This document shows, piece after piece, positions 41,479 through 54,497 of a stretch of 64,000 bases of DNA (its first letter is position 1; each line of letters begins with the position of its first letter). A program made the translations under genes and the position numbers. The notes beneath the pieces are model-generated. The model saw only the letters and a program-made list of their open reading frames with translations, had not been told where the DNA came from and did no database searches. The stretch comes from Chrysomallon squamiferum. Its lineage: Eukaryota > Animalia > Mollusca. The stretch lies in assembly GCA_012295275.1 (NCBI GenBank), contig CM022665.1:34906001-34970000 (forward strand), read 5' to 3'.

Positions 41479-41793
41479 GTTTGTAGGCGAATTATTCTCA
41501 TTCCTTCTTTTCAGAGCATCGTAGATATTCAAAATTAGATCTTGAAAATTTATAAATAGGAACAATTATTTTGATAGCCTTTTCTTATAATAATTACACT
41601 TTCGTTTATTAATTATAGTTTCATTATTATTGTTAAATATGAGTCCTTAGCTAGATAGTTTGTTAACAGAAAGGATAGTTCTAGAATCGGAATAGAATTA
41701 GAAATAAATGTATTACTATTAGCATATTTGTTGTTGTTGTTGCTGTTGTTGTTGTTGTTATTATTATTATTATTATTATTGCTGTTGTTGTTG

Positions 41794-41824
<31 letters not shown>

Positions 41825-41829
41825 GGTTG

Positions 41830-41876
<47 letters not shown>

Positions 41877-42214
41877 TAAAATCATCTTCTCTCATGAATA
41901 GCTGATGCCGTGATACGGTGATGGGTAGATAGATTTTGATCGCTATGATATAGAAAATGTATTAGAGAAATTTACCAATTTTTGCATTATCAAACAAATT
42001 TTATAAGAAACTTTTGAAACTAATGTGAAATATACGAGTTAATAAAAATAACTTATATGTCTAATCGTGCCAGATTTTAATGAAAAAAATATTATGCAAA
42101 TTTAGTGTTCACGCTTTACCTGATTTGTTGGTCTGTTACCGTTTACAGGCGGTGCGCAACGACTGTAAAAATATATACGGAGCATAAATAACGTTGACAC
42201 CGCAGGCTGAAAAC
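41479..42214. promoter_or_regulatory. Probable bidirectional promoter for CUL5 and VBP1
   Basis: 736 bp separate the divergent ATGs, with CpG retention (GGCGGTGCGCAACGAC). Confidence 0.65.
41728..41876. repeat. Compound (TTG)n/(TTA)n microsatellite
   Basis: Seen directly; it produces the spurious poly-Asn ORF 41613-41885. Confidence 0.95.
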
Positions 42215-45200
42215 ATGGCGACGGATACATCAAATAACGAGCTTGCTCCACAAGCAGAATTTGTCGTAAGTAAAGCTTTTAAATATAGAGTGATATATCA
42301 AAAAACCTAATGGGTGAATGCATCTGTCAGATTATTTAAAAATGATTAAACTTACATAATCGTTAGGAATGTCGATAGCAGGGATGGAAAATAACAAAAA
42401 TGGGGGGAAGGTTTTTCATTTTTTGTAGTTGTCATTAAAAACAAGTTTCTGCTCGCAAGTTCATGAATTCAGTAACATAGATACTATGAAAAAAGGAATC
42501 GCTTTAAAAAAATTAAAATAATCTTGAAAGCACAAATATACAGAGAAATACCGAAGACCATGACGGCATGAGGTTCCGAATTTCGGGCTAATTTTATTAA
42601 GATTCTTTTGAATAAATTTATTGTTACGTATTTTCATAAATAACATAATACTGAAAAATACACAGAATATTATTTATATATAAATCATTAAATGCATTTT
42701 AGAATTTTTTTTTTTTTTTTTTTTTTTTTTTGAAAATACTTTCTTTATTTCAAATAAACTGTGATTTATCTATATGTGAACAAACATATTTTAATGTTTG
42801 AATCTTTTTTGTTTTTTTTGTTTTAGGAAGATGTTGAAGAGTATATGAAACGTGCAGAAAACAGTGAATCAGCAGAAAATGTTTTGCGCAGACTGGATGA
42901 ACTACACAATAAATATAAGTTCATGGAATACAACCTTAATACAAAGAAAGCAAGGTGGTTATTTATTTATTTTTTATTTTTATCATTATTATTTTATTTT
43001 TATATTTTTTTATTTTCTCAGATTCCTGACATTTCATGAATGTTTTATTTATTATTTGAAAGAAGGAAAATCCTTTATTTTTAATGAAATGTTTTTTCTT
43101 TTTCTTTTCTTTCTTTTGTATGCAGACAACTTCTAAAAACAAATATATGTGCTCCAGCAAAATGAGATATTTGTTGCAGAGCCAGTAACAAGATAATCGT
43201 CTTACAATATATTAAGTCATGTTTAACTGATTTTGGGATTTGTGGATAAATCTTTCATCCAAAGAAACAAAAATGAATAAACTTTAGTTGAAAACAGTTT
43301 TTTCTGAAGCATACCTTCATAAAATTTGCCTAATTAAGGTAAAACAATTGCAGAATTTCTGGTTTTCCCCTCTGTTTAAGAATGTAAAGATATTACATGC
43401 CATACACCAGAAGAATGGTTGTGACACCAGCTTTCCTTATCTGCTAGGTTATTTCATATTAAAATGAAGTGTGTAGCAGTTTTGGTCAGTTTTTGCATTA
43501 TATGCATTTAATAATTTGCATTTAAATAGTGCAGTTTAGTTGCAATGACAGGCTGAGAGCACGATGACTGGCCAAGATAGCTGGCCAGATAGCAATTGAG
43601 GCTGATCACATCAGGTACTGCCAGTTACTATCTGTTCCACTCTAAGACAAAGGTGATCATGTTTGCAAAATTTTAACCAAAAAATGGTGAATTAAACTTG
43701 ATTTTAGGAATACAAACATAACAATCTATAAGAACAATGGTACAATATATTCCATGAATCCAGTTATCATTGGTATTGTTTAAAATCTCAATTTGACAAA
43801 GGAAAAAAATAAACTATTCCTTTATTAAATATCATTTGTGTTTTTGAAATTGGATTATTTTTATTTTAAGTGTTGATTAGCTCCATCAGAAAAACTACCA
43901 ACAATACTGAGAGAGGTAACTTTTGTTTGCAGCCAAATTATGTCAAGTTCAAAGCTAAGAAAACTCTTAGGGTCATCTGCAAATCACCTCATGGGTTAAA
44001 CCTGACCGTCTCAGATTTTTATCAGACTTGGTATACTTGTTGACTGGGATCCCACTGCACCAAATCTGAAATGTTAGCCCAATTGGACAAGTGGTGTGGG
44101 AGGTAAGGCCTACTGAATTTTGAGATTTTTGGCAAAAATGGGCGTGACCACCAACCTTTGAACCCTCGTATATCAGGAACTACTAGGCCAATCTTCATAA
44201 AATTGGTATTGTTGAAAAGGCAATATGACAAGGATTCCAAATCTGCCATTATTGTTCACTTTGGTGTAATATGTTTTGTTTAGCCATAACATAAATTTAA
44301 AAAATGCATACCTGCATGGATGATTGATACAATGCATTACAATGTACATTTTCTACATGCATACACTTAGACCAAAAACTCATCTTTAGAGTTAAAACCC
44401 ACCTGACATGTCTGAAGGAATGCCTGAAGGATATGAAAAGATGCCAACTGGCATGACATATTCTACACAATCAGGCTCAAAGGGTTAACAATCATGTCAG
44501 GAACTCCTTGAAATCCCCTGGTGAAATCCCCATTGAGCACATGGCAATTAGAAGTTTAAGACAAAGAAGTTTCATCATCTGCATTTCTTTGACAATCTGA
44601 AGCTTTCAAGTTGGACACGTCAGATGTTGATATATAAACAATATTTTTATTTCATAAAACCTATTAAGTCATTTTATCACGTCATGTGGGCCTTGCCATT
44701 GGTTTTGAACAAGGTTTCAGTCAACAACAGTACAACCCAGTCTGAAATCAACTTCATCAAGTGATGTACTGCATAATGTATTTGTACACCCAGTCTTCAG
44801 CACAGAGTATGAACAAGGTCTACCTTCACCTTGATAAACTGTGATTTATACTTGAAAAGTTTGACCTAAATGCCCAAGGCTTGTGGGCCTTTGGCAATGA
44901 CACGTACTCTGCTGCCATTTTATGACCTGCTTAACTTTACTGAAAGGGTTTCAGGATTTGATTTGATATTTAGGAAAGCACTGACTTTGTTCTATTGAAT
45001 TGAAGGCGCAGGCAATCCTGAAAATCCTTATTTCTTCCAGGCCTAACTGCAGCTTTTACTCTCCTGAAAATATGTTATATCAACACCATCATACCAGAAG
45101 TGTATGGAAAACTGAGGAAGTCGAACTCATCTCTCTTTGAAGTGGGATCAAAACACGGGACATCAAGAGTATCTGTTCACATCATGAACAAGAACTTTTA

Positions 45201-48200
45201 ATCAAGTTTTCAACATGGCAGAAAAAATATTGTGATCACCTTAATTGCCATCCTAAGCAAGCACACACTAGATCTTTAAGAATTGTTAGCATTGGCACTT
45301 ACAAATGCTTAGTAAATCCAAAGACACTAGTGCCAGGAGACAAGTTGTGCTGTGACTGTTTGATCAGCCTTCAGAAATCAAAGGTCCAAACCCCTGCAGA
45401 GGATGGCTTTAGTATGGGTGGTATTACTATGGGAGAATTTGATGATAACTTGTCAGACAAGCTGCCTGTTGTTGTTTCCCCAGAAAAGGACTTCGATTTG
45501 AATTCTATCCTGCTGAGTTTAAGTGAAACTCCTTTTAAATTCCATTCACTAGCACGTTCCAGTAAACGAATGAAAGGACAGAAAAAACTAGCATCAGCTA
45601 CAGTAACATTAAAACGACATCTTGAAACAGTCTATGATATTCCGCTTCATACTCCTGAAAGTGATCTCAACTCATCAGAAAAATTGGACCTTCATTTATT
45701 CAGGAACATGTTGGAGGAGTTAAAAGAAAAATTCAACAAGTCAGAATCCTAACCAGAGCGTGTGCAAATCTTGACTTTGTCACCCTTTACGATTGAAAGG
45801 ACAATAAATGAATTTGAAACAACGAATTAACTTGTGAAAAAAAGCCGTGCAGTGAAGAAAGAGAAAGGGATTCCATCCCTCTGTGATAAGAAACAAGGGA
45901 AAGTTCTGTCAAATGAATTGAAGGAGGAAATAGTCCAATTTTATGAAAATGACAAGAACAGTAGAATGTGTCAGGGAATGAAGGATACAGTGAGCATTCG
46001 AAACAAAGATGGTGAGAAGGTTAAACATCAGAAACACCTAGTTCTCTCAAATTTGTGTGAACTTTATGCATACATGTAGGCCTACAATCGAGACACATGG
46101 TGATTCCTAGCATCCAGCATTGATCTTTCAGGTTTTAGTTAATCAGATGTTAATGGCAGAAAAGGTGCTATTTTCATGGACATGCATTTTTTAAATCTAT
46201 ATTGTGGCTAAACAAAAAATATTACACACAGGAAACTTTTATATGTTATAGTTAACATGTGGGAGATTAAATTTCACTAAAGGTCATCTCACGGTCATGT
46301 GATCCACACAGTCAATTTCAAGGTCATAACAAAGGTCAAAAGGTCAGTGACCCCCAAACTGAATCCTTGTCATATTGCCTTTTCAACAACACCAATTTTA
46401 TGAAGATTGGCCCAGTAGTTCCTGAGATATGAGGGTTCAAAGGTTGGTGGTCATGCCCATTTTTGCCAAAAATCTCAAAATTAGGGGAGCCATATCTCCC
46501 ACACCACTGGTCCGATTGGGCTAAGATTTCAGATTTGGTGCTGTGGGATCCCAGACGGTTGGGTTTAAATTTTCTTTTTTGGCAGGTTATTTGACATGGA
46601 ATGACCCCTTATGTTTCTACTTCAAATATCCATTTTGTTATACATGCATCTTTAATTGCCTTTAATCTCCTGGTTAAAGACAGTTTATTGCCCATAATTA
46701 GTTCCTATTCTTGAGTTGACTCTAATGATTACTGGACTTTCTGTATTAAAGAGGATTATAATTAAACATCAAATGCTTTTAATAGTATTTATATATACAT
46801 GTATTTTTTTTTTTTTTTTTTTTGTACCACTAATTGTTTAAAATACATATGAATGAAAAATCATGCAGTAAGATAACACTAAATATTTTAAAAAGCATTG
46901 AAAGTAAGGTAGAATTTTTTTTTTTTTTTTTTTAAAGTTATTTCAGTGAGAGCAAAATTGACAGATTCACCAACTCTTTGAACAAAGAAAAACAAAACAC
47001 AAATGTTGATGAAATTGATTAATTCTAATTCATTTTTGCTGAAACTCTGCTGAGATTTGTTTTATGGTTTTAGAATAAGATGCTTAAAAATGCATTGTTG
47101 CTAAAGACTTTTTAAGGTGAATGGATTACCTCCAGTAATTTCAATGGCCTTTTCAGTTTTTATCCAATTTGTCTAAAGATTTTTTTTTAGAAATGTATTT
47201 GTGTGCTCCTTCATATCTCAAAACATTTTAATTTATATATTGGGGTATGGTGTCACAAGTGTCTCCTTCTGCCAGAGTGCCTCACATATTAAGAAATATT
47301 GGAAATTAATGTGTAATTATTTTTAACATATGCAGCTCTTTTAATTAATTACAGAGCTACCAAACTTCTAAGTAAGTTTCATGTAGTGCTAATCGATGCA
47401 TAAGAGTGAAAGTATTGAAATTTATAGATTAATAAATCTCATCCGACTTATTTTTTTTGAGACTGACTTTTAAACAAAAAAAGTAAATAAATGTGCATTA
47501 TAATTTCAAAAGTAGTATTATTAATTTCCTGTCAAAATTGTTTTATATTTAAGGTTGAAAAGTCAAATTCCAGATATTGCAACAACACTTGACATTGTTA
47601 AACACCTCCAGTCCAAAAAGGTATGGTGCTTCTTTTTGTTACTTATATTTTAGCTGTATATTATCAAATTTTTATAACTAGTTTTCATTTTTTCTTTTTT
47701 GGAAAACAGTAGTGATATGTGTAATTATATGAAATACTACTTGTTGTTAAAGAATATATTTTCTCTCTCATTCTCTCCTGCTTTTATTCCTTAATATTTG
47801 TTTATTATTGCTTTTAACTAGTCCTTAAAAAAAATGCTTATTTTGCTAAATAATTATAATAAAAAAATTGTATTTAATATATAATTTCTTTTATTTTTGT
47901 ATTTCCAAATAAGGATTCCACAGAACCACTAGAAACTAGGTTTTTACTATCAGATCAGGTTTATGCAAAAGCCAGCATACCACCAACAGATAAAGTGTGT
48001 TTGTGGTTAGGTGTAAGTATGGTTATAATTACTTTTGTATATGAGTTTTTCAATTATTGTACTATATTAAAAAATTCAAAAAGGTATTTATTATTTATTT
48101 CTAATGTTGTTGTTTTTTTTGTAGGGGTTAACATTTTATATCTACCTTAATTATTTTAATTCTTTCTTTTATTTCTCAACATATGCAAAAATGCCTGCAT

Positions 48201-49416
48201 TTCTCAGATTTTTATAATAAATTTCAATTAAAAGTGAAGAGATACTTGTAGACTGCAATTGTCCTTTTTTTTTTTTTTTTATCCCTAAAAGCTGATTTTA
48301 TAAAACTGGCAGAATCATTGCTGAGTAATGAAAGTTTCACTTGTATTTATGAGAAAGAAATAGCTGTCTCTGCATATGTTTGATCAGTTTATATTATTCT
48401 TAATCTTTATTATTATCAAAGCATTGTTTTGAGATTAAATAAAATAACCACTTTGAAGTATAAAGATTTCTTGATATATTTGTTTATATTATTTTTTAAG
48501 TTTCTGTTTCAGTTTATATTCTAAATATCCATTCTGAACTCAGACAAATTATAGAATATTCAGAAGTAGTTAATAATATAAATATTACAAAATGTCATAA
48601 CACCAGTTGTGAGACAGAGTAACAAGCTTTTAATTGCACATACCTTAAGGCTGGTTTCTGTCTTTCAGGCAAATGTAATGTTAGAATACAATCTTGATGA
48701 TGCTCAGGTGTTACTAGAGAAGAACTTATTGACTGCCAAGAAAACATTGTCACAAGTTGATGATGATCTCAGTTTTCTTCGAGATCAGACAACAACATTA
48801 GAAGTCAGTATCCTTGACATGTTCACTTGTTGGACAAACATTGTTTGCAGTTAATTACAAAATTTTACTTGACAGTTCAGTTAGGTTTAGTTAAATTAAT
48901 TAATTTATATATTTATTAATATATTTCTATTTTCTTTACTTCTGAATAATGTACCAGTCATCTCAGTAAAATTCATTACAATATTAATTGTCACATAAAT
49001 GAAAAAGACATTTCACTGTTAATAAATAAATGTGAAATGTAGTGTATGGCTAATTGTTAGCATTAGGTTTAAAAAAATTTCACTTTGTAGTTGAATATCC
49101 TTTCTGTGATCAACTTGGGGGGTTTTGAAATTAAAGAAAAACAATGTAACAGCTATAGTGATAAAAGTTCAAAACCATTAACTATAAACATATTCTTGGT
49201 CATTTTCACATACTTGCTTTAGAAATATCCTTTGTAAACATGTTTGGATTTTTGTTTATTGATTTAATTTGTATTTATTTTTAATTTTTAAAAATTCTGT
49301 GATTATTATCTTGTGTTGCTTATTAACATATTTACCTTAGCCACTGCTCAGATATGGCAAGAGTCTATAACTGGGATGTGAAACGGCGGCAAGCAAACCC
49401 AAGCTTGAAATCCTAG
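42215..49416 (+). CDS. VBP1: Prefoldin subunit 3 / von Hippel-Lindau binding protein 1
   Basis: Exons 42215-42265, 42827-42954, 47554-47620, 47914-48012, 48669-48807, 49352-49416. Motifs [89 protein letters not shown]. Confidence 0.97.
43970..46607 (+). mobile_element. Internally deleted Sola2-like DNA transposon in VBP1 intron 2
   Basis: Termini GGGTCAT...ATGACCC with 4-bp duplication CTTA (43966-43969, 46608-46611). About 190 bp of subterminal inverted repeat (about 44044-44238 vs 46361-46554). Broken transposase N-terminal half at about 45170-46079 (LVPGDKLCCDC; IVQFYENDKNSRMCQGMKDTVSIRNKDGEKVKHQKHLVLSNLCELY). GRG termini with a 4-bp TSD fit Sola2. Confidence 0.8.
48808..49351 (+). other. 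U12-type (minor) GT-AG intron, last intron of VBP1
   Basis: 5' splice site GTATCCTTG. Branch-like TTTACCTTAGC at 49331-49341, about 12 nt before CAG. Splicing restores [15 protein letters not shown]. Confidence 0.9.
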
Positions 49417-49763
49417 CTTTTTATTTTCACTTCCTCAGTTATTTTGTATCCATTTTCACTCTGTTCTGTCCATAATTATATTGTATGTTAAGTCATGATA
49501 ACCACACAAAACACTAATAAAATGTTCAACATGAATATCTGCTGGTGAATAAATATTACTCAACTCATGAACATCATTGTTTATTGACAAGTTGACTGTA
49601 TAATAAACTTTAAACAGCATTTAAGTAACAAACAATATATATTAATTTCATTTCATGCTTTGTAAAGCTATTCTGATCTCTGCAAATAAGGTTATTTTGT
49701 ATGTCTCCTGCATGCATTTGGTTTTGCAGAAATACTGTTGCATCTGAACTGTGTTATCAGTTA

Positions 49764-49803
<40 letters not shown>

Positions 49804-51550
49804 ATGTATGTATGTTAACATGTATTACAGAACTCTAACTCGGTGCCCAATTTTGTTAACTGCCCTTTTTTTTTCAATCAGATTATTTTCATGAAACTTA
49901 GTTAATTTAAATTTTTTCCAGTGAAGCGAAATGATTTGGCATGCCTTGCAGAACAAACACATTTCTTTGTGGTATATAGAGTTAATCTGTTTTGTGATTA
50001 TGGTTAACAAATAATGTTTATTAATGTTTGAACATTTGACATTTAGAATTTATGTTTGTGTTTGAAAGTTATTACGATGCTTGTTCTATAATAGAATGTT
50101 AAGTAATAGGATTTGTTGCTCTCTCCCTTCCTTCAAGAAGCTGTTTATAAATTGTAAAATAAATATTTCACCAACAATTTATTTTACACATATTAAAATT
50201 TATTTTCTATGCTTATGCTAAATAAAATGAAAACATTTATGTATTTTACTTGTATCAGTATAAATTTTTTGTTTTAAGCTGCCACTTATATGTAATTAAT
50301 ATTTTGTTTAATGAATGAAACATAATTCTAATTTATCTAAAATGTCACTCAGACTTTTTTATAATAAAAAGTTTATCCTGTGAAATAATTTTAAACCAAA
50401 CTTAGCCTGGTGGATTAATAATAACATTTATACAAAAACAAATGAGTCTTTTTCTGGCATTTTGAATTTGTTTCCTAAATGTTTTGTGTAACCATCATAT
50501 TGTTCATCATGTAGTCATAATTCTATTCTATCTAAAGGATCTTCATAACTGAAAATTTTAATTAATCTTATGCTGAGTAGCCTATTCATTACTATTTAAT
50601 TTTTAATATAAATATGTTAAAATTTTAGTCCTAACTGTGATTCATATAAGATTTTCTAATTAAAATAAGGATAATTTTTGTCATTTTAATTTGGCAGTGT
50701 AATAAATTTACAAATAAACTTGATTGCAGATTTTGTTTTTTGTCTAATGCATAATGTTTATATTTAGTATTGTCATATTTCATGCATTATTTTTACTTGA
50801 ATTAATTTATTAATATTGTTATATTTTGAGTTATATTGCTTGCTTCTTTTTTTTTCAGTAATACATCTAGGGAACCTTGCACAGTATATTTAGCTTTTTA
50901 ATGTTGAGATGATGTTACTAAATGTATCAAACTGTTCTTTCTCTTCTTATGACTGAAGGAATTGTATTACAACTTAACTGTAATCTTTAGTTTCATTGTT
51001 TTCAAAATGAAAAATGTACAGCAAAATGGAAGGGAAATATACTACAGAAATGATTAATGTTTCAATTTTTATTAATTTATATTATTATTGTATTTTTTAA
51101 TTATTAATCAAAATTTAATAAGCCGCATTTGACTACAATTTATATAAAACAATGAATGAATGAATATGTGATGACACTTCCACACATTTTATTAATGAAT
51201 TAAGTATAAATCAAATATTTAATATATAATGAAACCTGCTGTCACCATTTCATGAGCTACTCATAAATTAATAAATACATGCACTTTAAATGAAATGACA
51301 TACAATGTCATTTCATTAATCAATTAAATGGAAATAGATAAAACAAAGTCCTAATTAATATCATTTACAGATACTGGAATGTTATCATCAAACTAAACAG
51401 AGACGATAGTACTTAACAAACCAAAAACCAACTAACAGTCTGCTAAAATTTATTTTCAGTATAAAAGGAATAAAGGTATTTTAATGGAATAGTGGTAAAT
51501 GACACCTTTGTAACAAATTTATTCAGTACAAAATAATAAAAATAAAACTT

Positions 51551-54444
51551 TTATTTGGCAGCATAGTAGTCGGGCAGATTTCTCTCTCAAATGTTAATAT
51601 CTACATCTTTTGTGTTTAAAATTAAACACTTGATATAAGTATATTTGTCATAATCATTGTCATTTGATGATGAAATCTTGCCTTTTCTCCTATGGATCAA
51701 GAATGGAAGAGCTTGTTTGAGGTTCAGAATATTATTTAATTTTGTTCATATTGTTAACGAAAGTTGAATATAATGAAATTTAAACTCTCACTACTCAAAT
51801 TTGAAAAGTTTTGAGGAAAGAAATTTGACATGCACCAAGCAATTCTGAACAAAACAGTTTCATAAATTTAATTTTGCAATTTCTTTTATCTTCATGTGAT
51901 ACGCTGTATTATCTATAATAATAATAAAAAGTAATAATTTAAAAAAAAAAACCTGAATGAAAGTAGGCTGCTTGGTTTCAGTCATATTTGTAAAGTATTT
52001 TTCATTATAAGACGATGCTTTATTTTTAGAATGTTTGAAATGAGTTGGAAATTCAATTTGTCCTAGAATTTGTTTGACAAATATATATCGAAATTAATTT
52101 TCATAGATGAATCATGAAATATATGCAAAAATAATAATTGCTTGAACACTTTTTAAACTGAAACATGCTATTTTATATTCCATGTCTGACCATAAAGAAC
52201 CCAACTGTTCATCTTGGTGAATGGAGCAAATTCAAATTTTATTGAATTTAACCACAAACGGTCGAGGACTTTCATTCGTTGACAAAAGTAACTGAAATTT
52301 TGTCTGTAAGACTGCTCTGTAAAATAGTGAGTCACAGTTGACTCATTGTTCAGATGTTCTTTTTTGTCTTGTATAAAACCGTTTTCATCAGTATTGCTTT
52401 TATACCAGTAGGCAGACATACAGTGTATATATCATATTGGTCCAAGATCACCAAGTCATTAGATAAATAAATACATCATGTTATATGAATATTCATTTAA
52501 AATACTACTTCTAATTAAATGACTATACTGAAATGAAGCTAAAAATGCTAGCTTGCTAAACAGTTTTCAGTAAATATTGCCTTTTGGACAACACGTTTGA
52601 TTTAAAAAACTGTTGTTATTATTCAGACCAGTCAGTGGAAAACTCTGGCCTGCCTCATTGAGGAAAATAAGATTATCGGTAGTGCAGCCCACCTGATGTT
52701 GAGCTGTGTTCTTGTGTGACCCTCTTCTGAAAAAAGGTTGCCAGTGCCTGGTTTAGACTACAATAATTACTGTTGTACTTTATTTTCATCTTCAGTATAA
52801 GGATCATGAACTCACACACGCATGCACACACACACACAAAATCAAAAACAATCCCATCATGTACATGCAGACTCCCAGAATAAGTAATAAGTAAATAAAT
52901 TAATTTAGAAAATAAAATAGCTTAGATTAATGATCTAATGTACTGCTTATCTACAGCTACTATTAATAACTACAACATAAATATTACACTGTTCTAAGAA
53001 CAACTGGTTTGTAAAATTATCTTTAAAAGTCCAGAATATAAACAAATAAATAATAGAAGTAGTACTGGCAGAAGCAGTTATTTTTAATTTTATCATCAAC
53101 TCCCACTTGCATTCAACTGTAACTTTTTAGATTAAATCTAACATTTCCATAAATTTACTTAACCATTTGCCATATTGTCTGTCACTTGTTCTTAGTATTA
53201 TCTCAGTAATTACTAAATTCTGACAAATTTTAAAACCCAGATTAGTTATCAGATTTCACGTCATTTTGTTTTATAACACTGTATATAAAGTGTACCTTTG
53301 GTGAAATAGTCTAAATATATTCTGCATACTGTCATTATTTTTTATGTATTTGTACTGGCAAGTCATAATTAACAATGAAGTATGGCAACCCAAAACTTTT
53401 AAAATATGCAGGCATTTTTCTGTGGTTACAGATTCTGGTAGACAGCGGACAGATTTACCCTAGGTTTATTTTGGTGTCAGATAGAGTTATCAACACACCG
53501 TCTGTGTCCATAATGATGTCCAGTTTTGAAGGGGTAAAATGCCTTAATGGCATCTATAAGGCGTTTTTTGTTATTTTAGTGTAATTCTTTGTTATGAATG
53601 ATGACATGTCCCCAGAAACAGTAAAATAATAATTTTAGAAGTATAATAAATTTTATTTGACCATTTATTCGTTTTACCATAGGTATACATTAAGAAATAA
53701 ATTGCATAGTAGTATTAAATCACTATTAAATATACTATTAAATATTTTAAAAATTAACAGAAATGTATTTTCAGTTATATTACAATATATCTTATTATTA
53801 TATGTATTTTAAATTATTACTGTCTGGATTACTATCGAAATTTGAGAAATCTTGACACATTTGTATGCTCTCACTCTTTGTATCTGTATATGTGTAAAAG
53901 AATGCTGAAGTTTGTAAAAGTTTATTAATAAGTTTGTAGTGCAGAAAAACACATGAGCTATGAAAATGCTGTCTAAGTTCTCACCAGATAACTGAAGAAA
54001 CACTTAATATGATAAGTAATAATGTGACAAGAATGTTGCAAAAAAGAAAAAAAAAAAATGGGGGAACATATAGTAGGCATTCATCTGGAGCTAAAAATAA
54101 CTGAATTAGGTAAGCATATAATTTAGAATGTTCGCGTTGTAAAATGTATCAAAATAACACTAATTGTTCAACAACGATGTCAACAGCAACAAATAAGCAA
54201 ATTAACAAATTAAAAAAAAAAAAAAATAATAATAATATAATAATAAATAATAAAAATACACAGAATCGGTTGCTTTGTTGTTACACAATATTCATCATAA
54301 CTCCTTTTGTTTTTAAAATTATAATCGCTATTCTAAAACGTTACTTTGTTGATGTTGTTGTTGTTTTTGATTGTTTTTTTTTTTTTGTAGCTGTTAGTTG
54401 TTTTTATTTTCAGCATTTTTACATTCGTTCTATTTTATAACCAT
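51551..54444 (-). pseudogene. Probable decayed type II membrane enzyme gene, tentatively galactose-3-O-sulfotransferase-like
   Basis: Minus-strand segments 53296-53680 (MVKRINGQIKFIILLKLLFYCFWGHVII, signal-anchor-like; then QIHK / SMQNIFRLF across a frameshift), about 51953-52480 (CMSAYWY...LWLNSIKFEF...LHIFHDS) and 51551-51912 carry many stops and frameshifts. Some GT/AG borders remain. A possible first exon ends AAGATG|GTTATA at 54442. Family assignment is from loose motif resemblance only. Confidence 0.35.
52629..52750. mobile_element. Short hAT (Charlie-like) MITE relic
   Basis: Ends CAGTCAGTGGAAAACTCTGGCC and AAAAGGTTGCCAGTGCCTG, with imperfect 8-bp flanks ATTCAGAC / GTTTAGAC resembling the NTCTAGAN hAT target. 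Confidence 0.5.
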
Positions 54445-54497
54445 CTTGGTAAACTTTGGTAACATTATTTTATTGTTAGAGATCTTTCCGAGGTGGT

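Noticed and set aside
41613-41885. Poly-Asn ORF
   Set aside because: Translation of the compound microsatellite.
44022-44249. 75-aa minus-strand ORF
   Set aside because: Falls entirely in the left inverted-repeat arm of the Sola2-like element.
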